The notes under the pieces: model-generated | What the model was told of the DNA's origin: nothing | The model's database searches: none | What the model saw: the letters and a program-made list of their open reading frames with translations, nothing else | Sequence record: EF437941 | Length of the DNA stretch: 64,000 nt | Strand: one strand, 5' to 3' | DNA from: Escherichia phage Phi1 | In this document: piece by piece, positions 29,661 to 39,253 of the stretch | How positions within the stretch are numbered: position 1 is the stretch's first letter | Layout: the number at the start of each line of letters is the position of its first letter | Position numbers and translations under genes: made by a program

Positions 29661-29919
29661 AAATCGCCCTCAGTTCTTTATAGCCTCCAATGTGCTCGTT
29701 GTCAATGAATATCTGGGGGTATACAAATCGGAGGCTCTTTGAGTTCAGCCTCCCCGCCAGTTCTTCAATCATATCACGGTCGGGAATAATGTCAACCCCG
29801 ACCTGCTTGAATACTGGTTTAAGTGTATACGGAATACCCAGATCATCCAGTAGCTTCATTGCACCAATACAACCATAACAATGATAAGCCTCTTTCGGTA
29901 TGCCGTATATCTCGATCAT
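29650..29919 (-). CDS. glutaredoxin/NrdH-like redoxin
   Basis: 89 aa; CYGC dithiol motif near N-terminus, glutaredoxin-like length; nrdH position. Confidence 0.6.
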   Translation of the reverse strand: MIEIYGIPKEAYHCYGCIGAMKLLDDLGIPYTLKPVFKQVGVDIIPDRDMIEELAGRLNSKSLRFVYPQIFIDNEHIGGYKELRAIYDY

Positions 29920-30392
29920 TTCTCAGCCTTTAATCTTTCTAGTTCTTCTTGCAGTTCCTTGATCCGTTGGTCACGTTCAAAGTCACGCTGCAACTTAGTG
30001 GCAAATACTCGTTTAAACTGTTTGTAATCATCGATTTTAAACACTTCTTCTTCGCCATAGCGACGCACAGAAACTTCGTAGTTATTGAAGAATTGTTGCA
30101 TCATTGCTTCGGATGATAGTTCTGCTGATACTACTTTAAAATATTGATCTTCGGTAGGTGAAAACCAATTACAAGCATAAAGATAAACCTTTTCATTGTC
30201 TGGACACTGGTAAGCCTTACCATCGATTTCAATCACAGAAACATATTCAGGTATAGTAGATGAATCAATAGCTAAGACTTTAAACGAACGGTCCCCGATA
30301 AACTCGGAGATCACACGATTCGCATCACTGGTTGCAAAGGCTTTACGCGCTTGTTCGCTTTTCCACTGATAGGTCATACCAACAACAAACAT
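29916..30392 (-). CDS. paralog family A protein
   Basis: MFVVGMTYQWKSEQARKAF...IEIDGKAY...; shares the about 90-aa N-terminal domain with seven neighbours. Confidence 0.55.
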   Translation of the reverse strand: MFVVGMTYQWKSEQARKAFATSDANRVISEFIGDRSFKVLAIDSSTIPEYVSVIEIDGKAYQCPDNEKVYLYACNWFSPTEDQYFKVVSAELSSEAMMQQFFNNYEVSVRRYGEEEVFKIDDYKQFKRVFATKLQRDFERDQRIKELQEELERLKAEK

Positions 30393-30393
30393 A

Positions 30394-31218
30394 TTACCAA
30401 CCTCGCTCTTTACCAATCAAAAATTCAACTTCACGACGTTTAATGTCTTCTTGAAGGTCTTTAATCTTCTGGCGATCTTGCATGATTTCGTCCATTTTGT
30501 CAAGTGCTGCAATAAAATCATCGAAACGTTCAAAGGTTTTACCTTCATTTGCTTCGCCAAATTTAACCATTGTCAGGCCGTAACGACTACTAAACAGACG
30601 TTTCAACTGTCCAACGATCTTAGAATCAGTGGTTATAACTTCCAATTCTTCTACTTCTTGAAAGAATTTTCTATCAGAATCAATAAACCAGCTAGTTCCT
30701 TTATGGTCTTTATCCTCGGTTGCGCTCATTAGAGTATGGTCTTTACCATCAATTTCAATTACATCAATTTGCCCACATGGACTAACCTTTTTAACAGTAA
30801 AAGGTCTATAATTTATTGCTCGTGCAATAACATAATTAAGGTTAGATACGTTTTCAGCATAATGACAGAAGTCGGTCATAGCCTTATCATCTTTCCCAGT
30901 GTAAGTTTTACCAACCTCCCATTTCTGGAGAACTTCTTCAACTTCACGAAAGAATTTTCTATCGAATGGACTAAAGAAATATGTTGCAGTCCAAATGTCT
31001 TTTCCTGTAGCAGTTTTCGCCGTATGATAAACACCGTCTAGCTCTATTGCATTAATCCAACCGTTACCCTCGATCTCGATGATGGTAAATGGCTTGTCAC
31101 CAATAGCTACGCTAATATCGCTATTAAGTGGAGAAAGAACACCTTCTCCGTTAGTAATAAACTCAGTTTTAGAGTTTTCATCTTTCCAAGTGTAAGTTTT
31201 ACCAATTTCCCATTTCAT
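30394..31218 (-). CDS. paralog family A protein (two tandem domain copies)
   Basis: MKWEIGKTYTWKD...DRKFFREVEE then KWEVGKTYTGKD...DRKFFQEVEE, followed by coiled-coil tail. Confidence 0.6.
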   Translation of the reverse strand: MKWEIGKTYTWKDENSKTEFITNGEGVLSPLNSDISVAIGDKPFTIIEIEGNGWINAIELDGVYHTAKTATGKDIWTATYFFSPFDRKFFREVEEVLQKWEVGKTYTGKDDKAMTDFCHYAENVSNLNYVIARAINYRPFTVKKVSPCGQIDVIEIDGKDHTLMSATEDKDHKGTSWFIDSDRKFFQEVEELEVITTDSKIVGQLKRLFSSRYGLTMVKFGEANEGKTFERFDDFIAALDKMDEIMQDRQKIKDLQEDIKRREVEFLIGKERGW

Positions 31219-31230
31219 AATATATTCCCC

Positions 31231-31695
31231 TTAACCGATTTTATCAAGTTCGTTTAATGCTTTCTCTGCTTCCTGTATAGCTTGCACCCTTTCCGGCATT
31301 TTGTCAAGAAAATCTTTCAACTCTTCAAAACTGGAGATATGACGCAAGGCGTTAGCACCGATAGCCGCATGTGATTTGCATTCAAAGCGAATTTTATAAT
31401 TATCCATCGCCAATTTGAGAAGATCAATTAGTTTAGATTCTTCTGGAATACTAATTTCTTCAAATCTGCTACGGTCGTGATCCAGAAACCAACAATATAG
31501 ACCTACATCGGTTGAACTCATATAAGTTCCATCATGAAGATATACAGATCGCACGTATCCTTTTTTCACATCAACCGACGCAACTTTAAACGGTAATCTC
31601 AGATATTTCAAATAATCAACATCATACCATTTAAAAAATTGGTTTGCATCTTTTACATCTTTCCACGCATAGGTCTTACCAACTTCCCATTTCAT
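31231..31695 (-). CDS. paralog family A protein
   Basis: MKWEVGKTYAWKD ... DRSRFEEI; helical C-terminus. Confidence 0.6.
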   Translation of the reverse strand: MKWEVGKTYAWKDVKDANQFFKWYDVDYLKYLRLPFKVASVDVKKGYVRSVYLHDGTYMSSTDVGLYCWFLDHDRSRFEEISIPEESKLIDLLKLAMDNYKIRFECKSHAAIGANALRHISSFEELKDFLDKMPERVQAIQEAEKALNELDKIG

Positions 31696-31699
31696 AATA

Positions 31700-32227
31700 T
31701 CATCTCTCATTTTTGATACGTGATTCTAATTGGATCATACGGTCGCGCGTTTGCTTGTATTCGCGGATAGCACCGATCCGGCTAGGCATACCATCCAGTA
31801 CGCTCTTAATCCCTTCTAGGGTAGTGATTTTAGCAATGCTATTATGTAACCCCATCTTATCGATCAACTGAATGTCGTAGGCTTCCATAAGCAGACCCAG
31901 GCGTTCTAAAGTTAGGTCTTCTTCCTTTTCTTCCGATTCTGGAATCTTAGGTTCAATAGTAACTTCTGTAAAGAAACGACGCTCACCCGACCAAAACCAC
32001 ACGCCGGAACAACCAATAGGGGATTCTTTTAACGTCATAGAGTCGTAACCACTGCCGATAATAGTAATTTCTCTAACATCACCATCATCGTCAATGTCTT
32101 CTACCCTAAACGGGCGACCAGCCAACAAGTCAACAATACATCTGTTAATAGACGACGAAAATTTAGTCAGTTCGGCTTTCGACGCTTCGCATTCAATCTT
32201 GTAAGTTTTACCAACTTCCCATTCCAT
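31700..32227 (-). CDS. paralog family A protein
   Basis: MEWEVGKTYKIE ... ERRFFTEV; helical C-terminus; GAGGTGA RBS. Confidence 0.6.
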   Translation of the reverse strand: MEWEVGKTYKIECEASKAELTKFSSSINRCIVDLLAGRPFRVEDIDDDGDVREITIIGSGYDSMTLKESPIGCSGVWFWSGERRFFTEVTIEPKIPESEEKEEDLTLERLGLLMEAYDIQLIDKMGLHNSIAKITTLEGIKSVLDGMPSRIGAIREYKQTRDRMIQLESRIKNER

Positions 32228-32237
32228 AATAATCACC

Positions 32238-32741
32238 TCAAATAATTTTCACTGGAATACTATTAACAATCTTGTATTGTACTTGATTGTCAGACCCCCG
32301 CCACGGCTTCTTCGTTGGCATATCTTTAATATAACGACCATCGATGAACATGTCAACTGATTCTACAATTTTTCTTTGCTCATCATTCAATTGGTCAAGG
32401 GTATAACCGGACCATAGCCAAATATCTTTATTTGGCATCCATGATTTTACTTCATCGATGATCCGCTGTACACCCTTTAAATTGCGTTTATACAGTGGAT
32501 CTCCACCTAAGAATGTTAGCCCCTGAATAAAATCAGGTCTAAGCAGATCCAGAATCAATCCCATTGTATCATCGGTGAATGGTTCCCCGTTCTTAGGATT
32601 GAGTATACTGGAATTAAAGCAACCATCACATGCGTGTGAACATCCGGTAACGTAAAGGGAGACTCTCACTCCCTCACCGTTAACCATATCACAATCTTTA
32701 ATATCGGCATAGCGTAGTTTGCCGTATGTATCAGAACTCAT
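32238..32741 (-). CDS. nrdG: anaerobic ribonucleotide reductase activating protein NrdG (radical SAM)
   Basis: CSHACDGC (Cx3Cx2C-type cluster) near N-terminus; about 167 aa. Confidence 0.85.
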   Translation of the reverse strand: MSSDTYGKLRYADIKDCDMVNGEGVRVSLYVTGCSHACDGCFNSSILNPKNGEPFTDDTMGLILDLLRPDFIQGLTFLGGDPLYKRNLKGVQRIIDEVKSWMPNKDIWLWSGYTLDQLNDEQRKIVESVDMFIDGRYIKDMPTKKPWRGSDNQVQYKIVNSIPVKII

Positions 32742-32883
32742 ATTCAATTACCCCGAACTCGTTTACAATCTGCGCTTTATAGTAACCGCCGCGAGATGCC
32801 AATAGATAAGCTGGGCTTAGGTATTCGTATTCACGGATTTCTACTTGTGCGTTTTCAGTTTCCCAAATCAGTAAAGTCCACAT
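32731..32883 (-). CDS. small protein (50 aa)
   Basis: manual translation MWTLLIWETENAQVEIREYEY...; preceded by cassette RBS GGAGAATCAAAT. Confidence 0.4.
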   Translation of the reverse strand: MWTLLIWETENAQVEIREYEYLSPAYLLASRGGYYKAQIVNEFGVIEYEF

Positions 32884-32924
32884 ATTTGATTCTCCTGTAA
32901 AGTTGTATCTCGTCTTGATGAATA

Positions 32925-32955
32925 TAGTATAGGGGATCTCGCGATCCCAGTCAAG
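32925..32955 (-). promoter_or_regulatory. early promoter (PeSL-type)
   Basis: TTGACT GGGATCGCGAGATCCCC TATACT: the 17-nt spacer is a perfect hairpin. Confidence 0.5.
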
Positions 32956-32958
32956 CGT

Positions 32959-33486
32959 TTATTTTAAATTTTTTCGAATGTATTCAGACCATTCCTTCCC
33001 TGTCATTTCGGACCCGTTCTGGAAACTGAAATATTCATACGGCATCGAGTCAAGATAAAACAGGATCATACATCGCGCCATATAATACCAATCACGATTA
33101 AAGTAAACTACGTTATCACCAGTACCATCAACCCCTTTATCATAACCATCGCGGGTACGGGAGACCCATTGAATAGTATCAGTTTTCTCACGGATAGTAA
33201 CAGGTTCCCAATATCCAGCACATCCAGCATGACCACACGAACAAGTAAGGAAATATTGTCCTTTTGCTTTGTTGTCATCCCATTCACGATGGATTGGTTC
33301 GATCTCGTGAAACAGTGCCAAACAATCATGATTATGCAACACTGGCTTACCATCAATCAATGCATGGAATGTATGCAAACGACCAGTAGACAAATAGCTA
33401 TCCTCACGCTCAACCAGTTCAATAGCAATCCTTTTAGCTCGTTCTTTGTGTCGTTGTGCTTTACGCTTACGGTTTAATGATTTCAT
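32959..33486 (-). CDS. hypothetical Cys/His-rich protein
   Basis: HNHDC ... CSCGHAGCAGYW; start at ATG after GAGGTGA RBS. Confidence 0.5.
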   Translation of the reverse strand: MKSLNRKRKAQRHKERAKRIAIELVEREDSYLSTGRLHTFHALIDGKPVLHNHDCLALFHEIEPIHREWDDNKAKGQYFLTCSCGHAGCAGYWEPVTIREKTDTIQWVSRTRDGYDKGVDGTGDNVVYFNRDWYYMARCMILFYLDSMPYEYFSFQNGSEMTGKEWSEYIRKNLK

Positions 33487-33503
33487 ATTCACCTCACACA
33501 TTA

Positions 33504-34046
33504 TCAAAGGTCGCGATATAGTACATTATGAAAATGAGAACTTGCATTACCAATATTGTAGATAATAAATTCTTCATCCGGCGCTTGCGCTACAAATTGA
33601 GTATGAGCAACCGCCACAACCTTAAAAATACGATCCGTTATCTTGTGTTTAATTTCTGCTCCTACTTCCATAGGAACATATTCCTGTGTTTCTGTTTCAG
33701 TCGCAAAACAGCCATCTTCTTCATAAGCACGAACAAATCGATCGCAATCAGTACGCTTAACAAATTCAAGAGTATACAATTCTCGTGAATTGTCGGTATA
33801 GACCAATACAGAATTATTATGATAGCGAATCACATACAGGTTATTATCATCGTCAATTACGCAAAAGCTACGGATTCCTTCGCCTTTACTCCAGCAGATA
33901 TTAACCACCGTTCCTCTAATAAAAAAACTTTCCTTTAAATTAAAACTAGTCAATGTGCTAGCGTGCATTTTAACAACAACACCATCGCCAATTTCCAGTT
34001 TACGAAGTTTAACTTCTTTGCTCAGTACACAAAACATCATCATCAT
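33504..34046 (-). CDS. hypothetical protein
   Basis: 180-aa ORF. Confidence 0.5.
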   Translation of the reverse strand: MMMMFCVLSKEVKLRKLEIGDGVVVKMHASTLTSFNLKESFFIRGTVVNICWSKGEGIRSFCVIDDDNNLYVIRYHNNSVLVYTDNSRELYTLEFVKRTDCDRFVRAYEEDGCFATETETQEYVPMEVGAEIKHKITDRIFKVVAVAHTQFVAQAPDEEFIIYNIGNASSHFHNVLYRDL

Positions 34047-34075
34047 GTTGTCCTCTCGTTGTTTTCGATGTGAGC

Positions 34076-34103
34076 ATTATACATTAGCTAATCACGTTGT
34101 CAA
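34076..34103 (-). promoter_or_regulatory. early promoter
   Basis: TTGACA-N16/17-TATAAT. Confidence 0.5.
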
Positions 34104-34113
34104 CACCCCAAAA

Positions 34114-34140
34114 CGAAAAAGCCGACCCTTTCGGATCGGC
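34114..34140 (-). terminator. rho-independent terminator after nrdD
   Basis: AGCCGATCCGAAAGGGTCGGCTTTTTCG; same hairpin family as terminators at 47362 and 53276. Confidence 0.6.
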
Positions 34141-34146
34141 TAAAAA

Positions 34147-36009
34147 TTACATGTGCTTAACGCGGTTTACCATCTCGGAGTGTTTCCCGTGGTTAAATGG
34201 ACGCAGATCAACAGATCCAAGATATCCACTAACGCGACGGATAACATTCATTTTTTCCAGATTATCATTGCCGCAATCAGGACAAACAAAACCAGTCTCG
34301 GTCGCTCTCATTTCCTTAGTAGATCCGCATACATGACACACATCAGAAGGAGTATTAACACCGAAGTAGTGCAATTTATCCATTGCATAGTCTACTACAG
34401 TTTCAAGACCTTTCAGGTTGTTTTTCATGTCTGGGAACTCAACATAAGAGATCATGCCACCGGACGCCAGCCAGTGATAATCTTTCTCAAAGTCGATTTT
34501 CTCAAATGGAGTGACTTTCCGGTCTACGTCGAGGTGGAATGAGTTGGTGTACCAGTCTTTATCGGTAGCGCCCTTAACAATACCAAATTGCTCTCGGTCC
34601 AGTCGATTAAATCGATAGCAAAGGCTCTCGGCTGGCGTACCGTAAAGACTAAACCCAAGTCCGGTTTCGTCCTTCCATTTTTCAGTATAATGACGCAAGA
34701 TCTTAAGAATATGTTTACCGTATCGCTGCACATCTTCCGAATCAAACGGATGAACACCAAACAGGACGCTCAATACCTCATGTAAACCAATATATCCAAG
34801 AGAGATACTAGCGCGACCATCTTTCAGCACTTCAAAAATTTCATCGTTTTGATGAATACGGAAAAATGCACCTTCGGTATACAGTACAGGAGCAACATTG
34901 GCTTTAGCCCCTTTTAAAGCGTCTACGCGACTCATGAGCGCATCAAAGCAAATAGGCATACGATTAGCTAGCTCTTGTTCGAATAGCTCAATTCTGCGCA
35001 TTACAGACGCTTTACCAGCACGACGCGCGGCAATAAGGGCAATACGCGGAAGATTCAGAGTCACAACACCTAAGTTATTACGTCCGTCTAATACTTCTTC
35101 GCCTTTCTCATTATGCCACACACCCAGGAAGCTACGACAACCCATCGGGCTAACCGGAACACTAGATCCAGTGATACTACGGTTATTCTTCGCAGAGATA
35201 TAATCAGGGGTAAGACGCTTACTAGAACATTCCAATGCAAGTTGCTTAATGTCGTAGTTCGGATCTTCCGGGTTAAGGTTTAATCCTTCTTCTAAGAACA
35301 TCACCAGCTTAGGAAACACCGGAGTTATACCATCTTTACCTAAACCTTTAGTTCGAACTTTCAGGATCGCTTTCTGAATCAGTTTTTCTTCCCAGCTAGT
35401 ACCCATACCAAATGTTAAAGTCACAAAAGGCGTTTGACCGTTGGTGGAGAACAAAGTGTTGATTTCATATTCCAACGCTTGATACCCGTCTAGCGTTTCT
35501 TTTTCTGTCTTCTCTTGTGCATAGAGAGTATCAGCTTTGATTCCGTAGGTTTCGGCATCAGCAAGGTGTTTATGATATGTTTTCTCAACATACGGTGCTA
35601 ACACCTGATCGATGTTTGCAATTGTGGTCCCGCCATATTGATGACTTGCCACCTGTGCGATAATTTGAGCGGTTACAGCACAAGCAACACCGATCGATTT
35701 AGGACTTTCGATTTGTGCGCTACCCAATTTAAAACCATTCTCTAACATGTCTTTGAGATTAACAAGACAGCAGTTAGTAAACGGCATAGCGGGTGCATAA
35801 TCCATATCATGATAATGAATATCACCGTCTACATGCGCTTTATAGATGTGCTCAGGTAACACGGTTTTAGCAATCTGTTTAGACACAGCGCCAGCAATCA
35901 GATCTCGACGTGTCGGGAATGTTCGCGCGTCTTTGTTCGCGTTCTCTTTGCTTACTTCGTTTTCTTTACCCGTTGCGATCTCTGTAATGTCTTTGATTAG
36001 TTTTTCCAT
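34147..36009 (-). CDS. nrdD: anaerobic ribonucleoside-triphosphate reductase NrdD
   Basis: 620 aa; C-terminal zinc ribbon CHVCGS...CPDCG and glycyl radical motif RVSGYLG; continuous ORF (no intron). Confidence 0.95.
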   Translation of the reverse strand: MEKLIKDITEIATGKENEVSKENANKDARTFPTRRDLIAGAVSKQIAKTVLPEHIYKAHVDGDIHYHDMDYAPAMPFTNCCLVNLKDMLENGFKLGSAQIESPKSIGVACAVTAQIIAQVASHQYGGTTIANIDQVLAPYVEKTYHKHLADAETYGIKADTLYAQEKTEKETLDGYQALEYEINTLFSTNGQTPFVTLTFGMGTSWEEKLIQKAILKVRTKGLGKDGITPVFPKLVMFLEEGLNLNPEDPNYDIKQLALECSSKRLTPDYISAKNNRSITGSSVPVSPMGCRSFLGVWHNEKGEEVLDGRNNLGVVTLNLPRIALIAARRAGKASVMRRIELFEQELANRMPICFDALMSRVDALKGAKANVAPVLYTEGAFFRIHQNDEIFEVLKDGRASISLGYIGLHEVLSVLFGVHPFDSEDVQRYGKHILKILRHYTEKWKDETGLGFSLYGTPAESLCYRFNRLDREQFGIVKGATDKDWYTNSFHLDVDRKVTPFEKIDFEKDYHWLASGGMISYVEFPDMKNNLKGLETVVDYAMDKLHYFGVNTPSDVCHVCGSTKEMRATETGFVCPDCGNDNLEKMNVIRRVSGYLGSVDLRPFNHGKHSEMVNRVKHM

Positions 36010-36054
36010 TGTATCACCTATGAAAAAGCGGGATTTTCTCCCGCTCGTTGATAG

Positions 36055-36549
36055 TTATTTTACCAGTTCTGCTAATTCTTTTTCTTTAGCTTCCAGTTCA
36101 GCCTTAAGCTGTTTAATCTCTTGTCGCTTCTTATTAGCGGCTTCCTGCTTACTATTTCGGATAATCTGATCTAGATACAACTCCCAATCCTGAATATTTT
36201 TGATAATATAACCGTCAACATTAATTGGTCGGATATTTAGTACAGCTTCCAGTTTAGTCGCAAAAACTTTAATTGCTGGTGTGAAGTATTCATATTCGTT
36301 ATCTTCAAACCAATAACCTAGACTTGCATTCTCAATGCGAAGACGAAGTTCAAGATCAAGGTCTTTATCTTCGGTGTAAAGATCTTGCACATGTCCCATC
36401 GAGCTAACAACAACTTTAAAACGAATTTTATCAACACCACCAAACACATCAGTAAGGATACCAGCAATTGAGCTATTAGCGCAAGATTGGTCGCTGAATG
36501 CGTCAAGGTTTTCTTTAGTTACAGTATACCAAACATCTTGTACCCACAT
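36055..36549 (-). CDS. paralog family A-like protein (divergent)
   Basis: divergent copy of the N-terminal domain plus coiled-coil C-terminus (KQLKAELEAKEKELAEL). Confidence 0.5.
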   Translation of the reverse strand: MWVQDVWYTVTKENLDAFSDQSCANSSIAGILTDVFGGVDKIRFKVVVSSMGHVQDLYTEDKDLDLELRLRIENASLGYWFEDNEYEYFTPAIKVFATKLEAVLNIRPINVDGYIIKNIQDWELYLDQIIRNSKQEAANKKRQEIKQLKAELEAKEKELAELVK

Positions 36550-36579
36550 AATATAATCCTCTCGTTGTTAAGTGGGAGT

Positions 36580-36607
36580 ATTATAGCATACTCCCTTTGC
36601 ATGTCAA
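36580..36607 (-). promoter_or_regulatory. early promoter (PeSL-type)
   Basis: TTGACA ... TATAAT inside GGGAGTATGCTATAATACTCCC hairpin. Confidence 0.5.
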
Positions 36608-37782
36608 GCACGAACTTTTTTCTTTACTGCTTTCACCTTCTGGCGAATTGCTCGAATCTCTTCGATCTCTTTTTCAGTCTCTTTAACAATTTCTTTGCGA
36701 TTCTGAATATCTGTATCGAGATTATCATCAAGTTTAGGCAGCATGTCAATCAAGAACTTTTTAAAGTCTTTCAGGTTTCGGATAACAGCACCTTCACCCA
36801 TTACCGCCACCCCTACACCATCCGGCAGATCACCAAACAGCTTAACCAGTTCAGATAGATGACCATGATCTTCTAGTGCTTCTTCCGGTTCAGATGGCAG
36901 TTCAACAAAGTAATAACGTTCATCATTGCTGATCAGGTGATACCAGCAAAGCCCAAAAGATTTAGGAGTATATTCTACACCACCAACTTCAACCGCGTCA
37001 ACACTTCCGAAAGAATCTACTTTAGTTACCTTAAATCCATGTTCCAGCGTTTTAATAATTTCAATAACATGACTGGATACGGTTTCAGTATTAAACCAAT
37101 GAGGCAAATTATGTGGATTTGGTTTGTATCGTTCGCCTACTTTAAATCTCTGACCACGCTCTTGCATACGGACATATTCAACTCGCGTGATTTCCGCGAA
37201 GTATTCAAATTCGCTACCGTCAAACAAGCAATTCCATTGATCACAAAAACGATCCGCCTTAACGGTTTCACCTTTCGCGGTGATCATGGTAGCCGACCCG
37301 TGCAATTCTTCTTCAACTAAAAAGCCATATTCGACAAAATCAACAAGTTTCATGGCTTCTTTGTGCTCTGGATCATGCTCTCCCCAGAATCGCTTAAATT
37401 CTTGCAAACCTTCCGGGGTAAACGAATAACATTTACCTTTTTCAAAGTAAGTCGGCATTGCATCCTCTTTCTTGTTCATCGCTTCGTATGCCTCTTTTGA
37501 GATACGTTTAAAGAATTTACGCTCATCGTGCATAAGCATAACAGCCCAATAATAAACGATATCCTCAGCGGAATAAACTACATCTCCAGCTTCAATAGTA
37601 ATAACATGACCGTGGTCATCTTTTTCTAATACTTTAAAGCCCTTTTCTACGATTCCAGCAACCCGAATATGACCACGGCGCGAAGCATCGGTCGGAATAG
37701 TTGAATAGCGAGAAAAGTCTAGAAACTCATCTTTACCACCTTCACGGAATGCATAGTAATGCCCTTCAAAGAATTTAGCCAT
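36604..37782 (-). CDS. paralog family A protein (multi-domain, 392 aa)
   Basis: three to four repeats of the family domain (e.g. HDERKFFKRI, NDERYYFVEL) plus coiled-coil tail. Confidence 0.6.
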   Translation of the reverse strand: MAKFFEGHYYAFREGGKDEFLDFSRYSTIPTDASRRGHIRVAGIVEKGFKVLEKDDHGHVITIEAGDVVYSAEDIVYYWAVMLMHDERKFFKRISKEAYEAMNKKEDAMPTYFEKGKCYSFTPEGLQEFKRFWGEHDPEHKEAMKLVDFVEYGFLVEEELHGSATMITAKGETVKADRFCDQWNCLFDGSEFEYFAEITRVEYVRMQERGQRFKVGERYKPNPHNLPHWFNTETVSSHVIEIIKTLEHGFKVTKVDSFGSVDAVEVGGVEYTPKSFGLCWYHLISNDERYYFVELPSEPEEALEDHGHLSELVKLFGDLPDGVGVAVMGEGAVIRNLKDFKKFLIDMLPKLDDNLDTDIQNRKEIVKETEKEIEEIRAIRQKVKAVKKKVRA

Positions 37783-37813
37783 AATATAATCCTCTCGTTG
37801 TTTAAATGGGAGT

Positions 37814-37842
37814 ATCTTACTACTCCCGTTTCATCATGTCAA
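37814..37842 (-). promoter_or_regulatory. early promoter (PeSL-type)
   Basis: TTGACA-N17-TAAGAT with GGGAGTAGTAAGATACTCCC hairpin; -35 overlaps upstream stop codon. Confidence 0.5.
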
Positions 37843-38405
37843 GCGTTAAATGACTTTTGGATCTCTTTCAGTTCAGCTACTTTATCGGCGCTATACTTTG
37901 CTTGATGTTCCATGCGCTTAAGCTCACCTTTGATATAGGTTTCTAGCTTAGGTTTATTCTCAATCAGAAAATCTTTCAAGTCATCGGCATTTTTAAAGTA
38001 TAGCTGATTATCAAAGCTAAAATCTTCCAGCGTCAATGATACCAAAGAAGACTTCGCAAACAAGTTAATCAGATCTTCCAGAGATTCTTCTTTCTTAACT
38101 GGTTTCATTTCTTCAAACTGCTTTTTAGTGATGCGTTTAAAGTATTTGCGCTCGCTTGCATCAATCATTATTGACGCGCCCTCATAATCATGAGTTTCTA
38201 CCAAATACACTTTACCCATAACATTAACCGTAAGAACTTTAAAGCCCCGGTGAAGCACACCATACAGGAACTTGTTATGTTGTGGATAGCGTTTAACAAA
38301 TTCCTCTGCGGACTCAGAATTACGGAAAGTGTAATAACGACCTCGTTCAAAAACAGCATCATTTGAAGACTTAGACGGATACAATTTATACGTTTTCTGT
38401 ACCAT
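37839..38405 (-). CDS. paralog family A protein
   Basis: MVQKTYKLY ... SERKYFKRI; helical C-terminus. Confidence 0.55.
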   Translation of the reverse strand: MVQKTYKLYPSKSSNDAVFERGRYYTFRNSESAEEFVKRYPQHNKFLYGVLHRGFKVLTVNVMGKVYLVETHDYEGASIMIDASERKYFKRITKKQFEEMKPVKKEESLEDLINLFAKSSLVSLTLEDFSFDNQLYFKNADDLKDFLIENKPKLETYIKGELKRMEHQAKYSADKVAELKEIQKSFNA

Positions 38406-38419
38406 AATATAATCCTCTA

Positions 38420-38692
38420 TCATTTCACTAATTGAACAGCACGAAACAGAATGCGGTCACACGGAAGCAGCATAAATTCCCAACGCGGATCAAAGTCTTT
38501 AGCGGTGTATGTTTTCCCATCAACAGAGATTTCACTTACATAACCAATAGGTGACACTTTAAGAACAGTAAATCCATTCTTGATTGCTTCGTAGGTATCT
38601 TTCAGACCTTCGTAGTCGTCCTCTAAGAAGTCTTTACGTGCTTGCTCAGATTTAAAAACATAGGCCACGCCAGCTTTAAACATCTTACGCAT
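38420..38692 (-). CDS. paralog family A protein (single domain)
   Basis: MRKMFKAGVAYVFKSEQARKDF ... VDGKTYTAKDF; AAGGAGAATCAACA RBS. Confidence 0.55.
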   Translation of the reverse strand: MRKMFKAGVAYVFKSEQARKDFLEDDYEGLKDTYEAIKNGFTVLKVSPIGYVSEISVDGKTYTAKDFDPRWEFMLLPCDRILFRAVQLVK

Positions 38693-38723
38693 TGTTGATT
38701 CTCCTTCTTGATTAGATGGGAGC

Positions 38724-38752
38724 ATTTTACTACTCCCATTTCTTATTGTCAA
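38724..38752 (-). promoter_or_regulatory. early promoter (PeSL-type)
   Basis: TTGACA-N17-TAAAAT with GGGAG..CTCCC hairpin. Confidence 0.5.
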
Positions 38753-38755
38753 CTA

Positions 38756-39229
38756 CTATCTTAATCTTTGTATGAATTGTTTCTTATACTTCTTCGTGAT
38801 TTCTTCTCGTGTATCAGCGTCGCAGTAATCGAAACCTTCTGCGTCCATAATAGCAACCATCTCCGCTCGTGTCAAGCGTGAAAATCGTTTTACTTTATCA
38901 ACGGCATATTGAGGATGTAAATGATTGTTGGTGTAGTCTCCTTTGATGTAATTAACATAGTTTGTAGCCCAAACAACGAAATCAGCACCTAAAGCACCAA
39001 CACCAAACCGTTTAAAGTCTCCGGTCAACGATCCTTCTAGGCGGTTGCAACACGAATGAAGCAATCCCCTTACGCGGCCTTGCCCTTTCCCTTCTAGATC
39101 GTGGTCGTGGTCAAGATGGTTTTTGCTCATATCCTCAAAAAGTGGCAATTGACAAAGGGGGCAAATGCCCCCCTGTTTTTCGAATAGTTCTTGTTTGTAC
39201 TCTTTAGCACTCTTAGCAGTCAGTAACAT
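38756..39229 (-). CDS. 49: endonuclease VII (gp49, Holliday junction resolvase)
   Basis: 157 aa from internal ATG; CPLCQ ... HLDHDHDL ... RGLLHSCCN zinc/His-Cys box matches T4 endo VII. Confidence 0.9.
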   Translation of the reverse strand: MLLTAKSAKEYKQELFEKQGGICPLCQLPLFEDMSKNHLDHDHDLEGKGQGRVRGLLHSCCNRLEGSLTGDFKRFGVGALGADFVVWATNYVNYIKGDYTNNHLHPQYAVDKVKRFSRLTRAEMVAIMDAEGFDYCDADTREEITKKYKKQFIQRLR

Positions 39230-39253
39230 AAATTCACCCTCCAAAGAAGGTAT

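Noticed and set aside
34147-36009. Group I intron / homing endonuclease in nrdD as in T4
   Set aside because: nrdD is one uninterrupted 620-aa ORF with both zinc ribbon and glycyl radical motif; no intron-like gap
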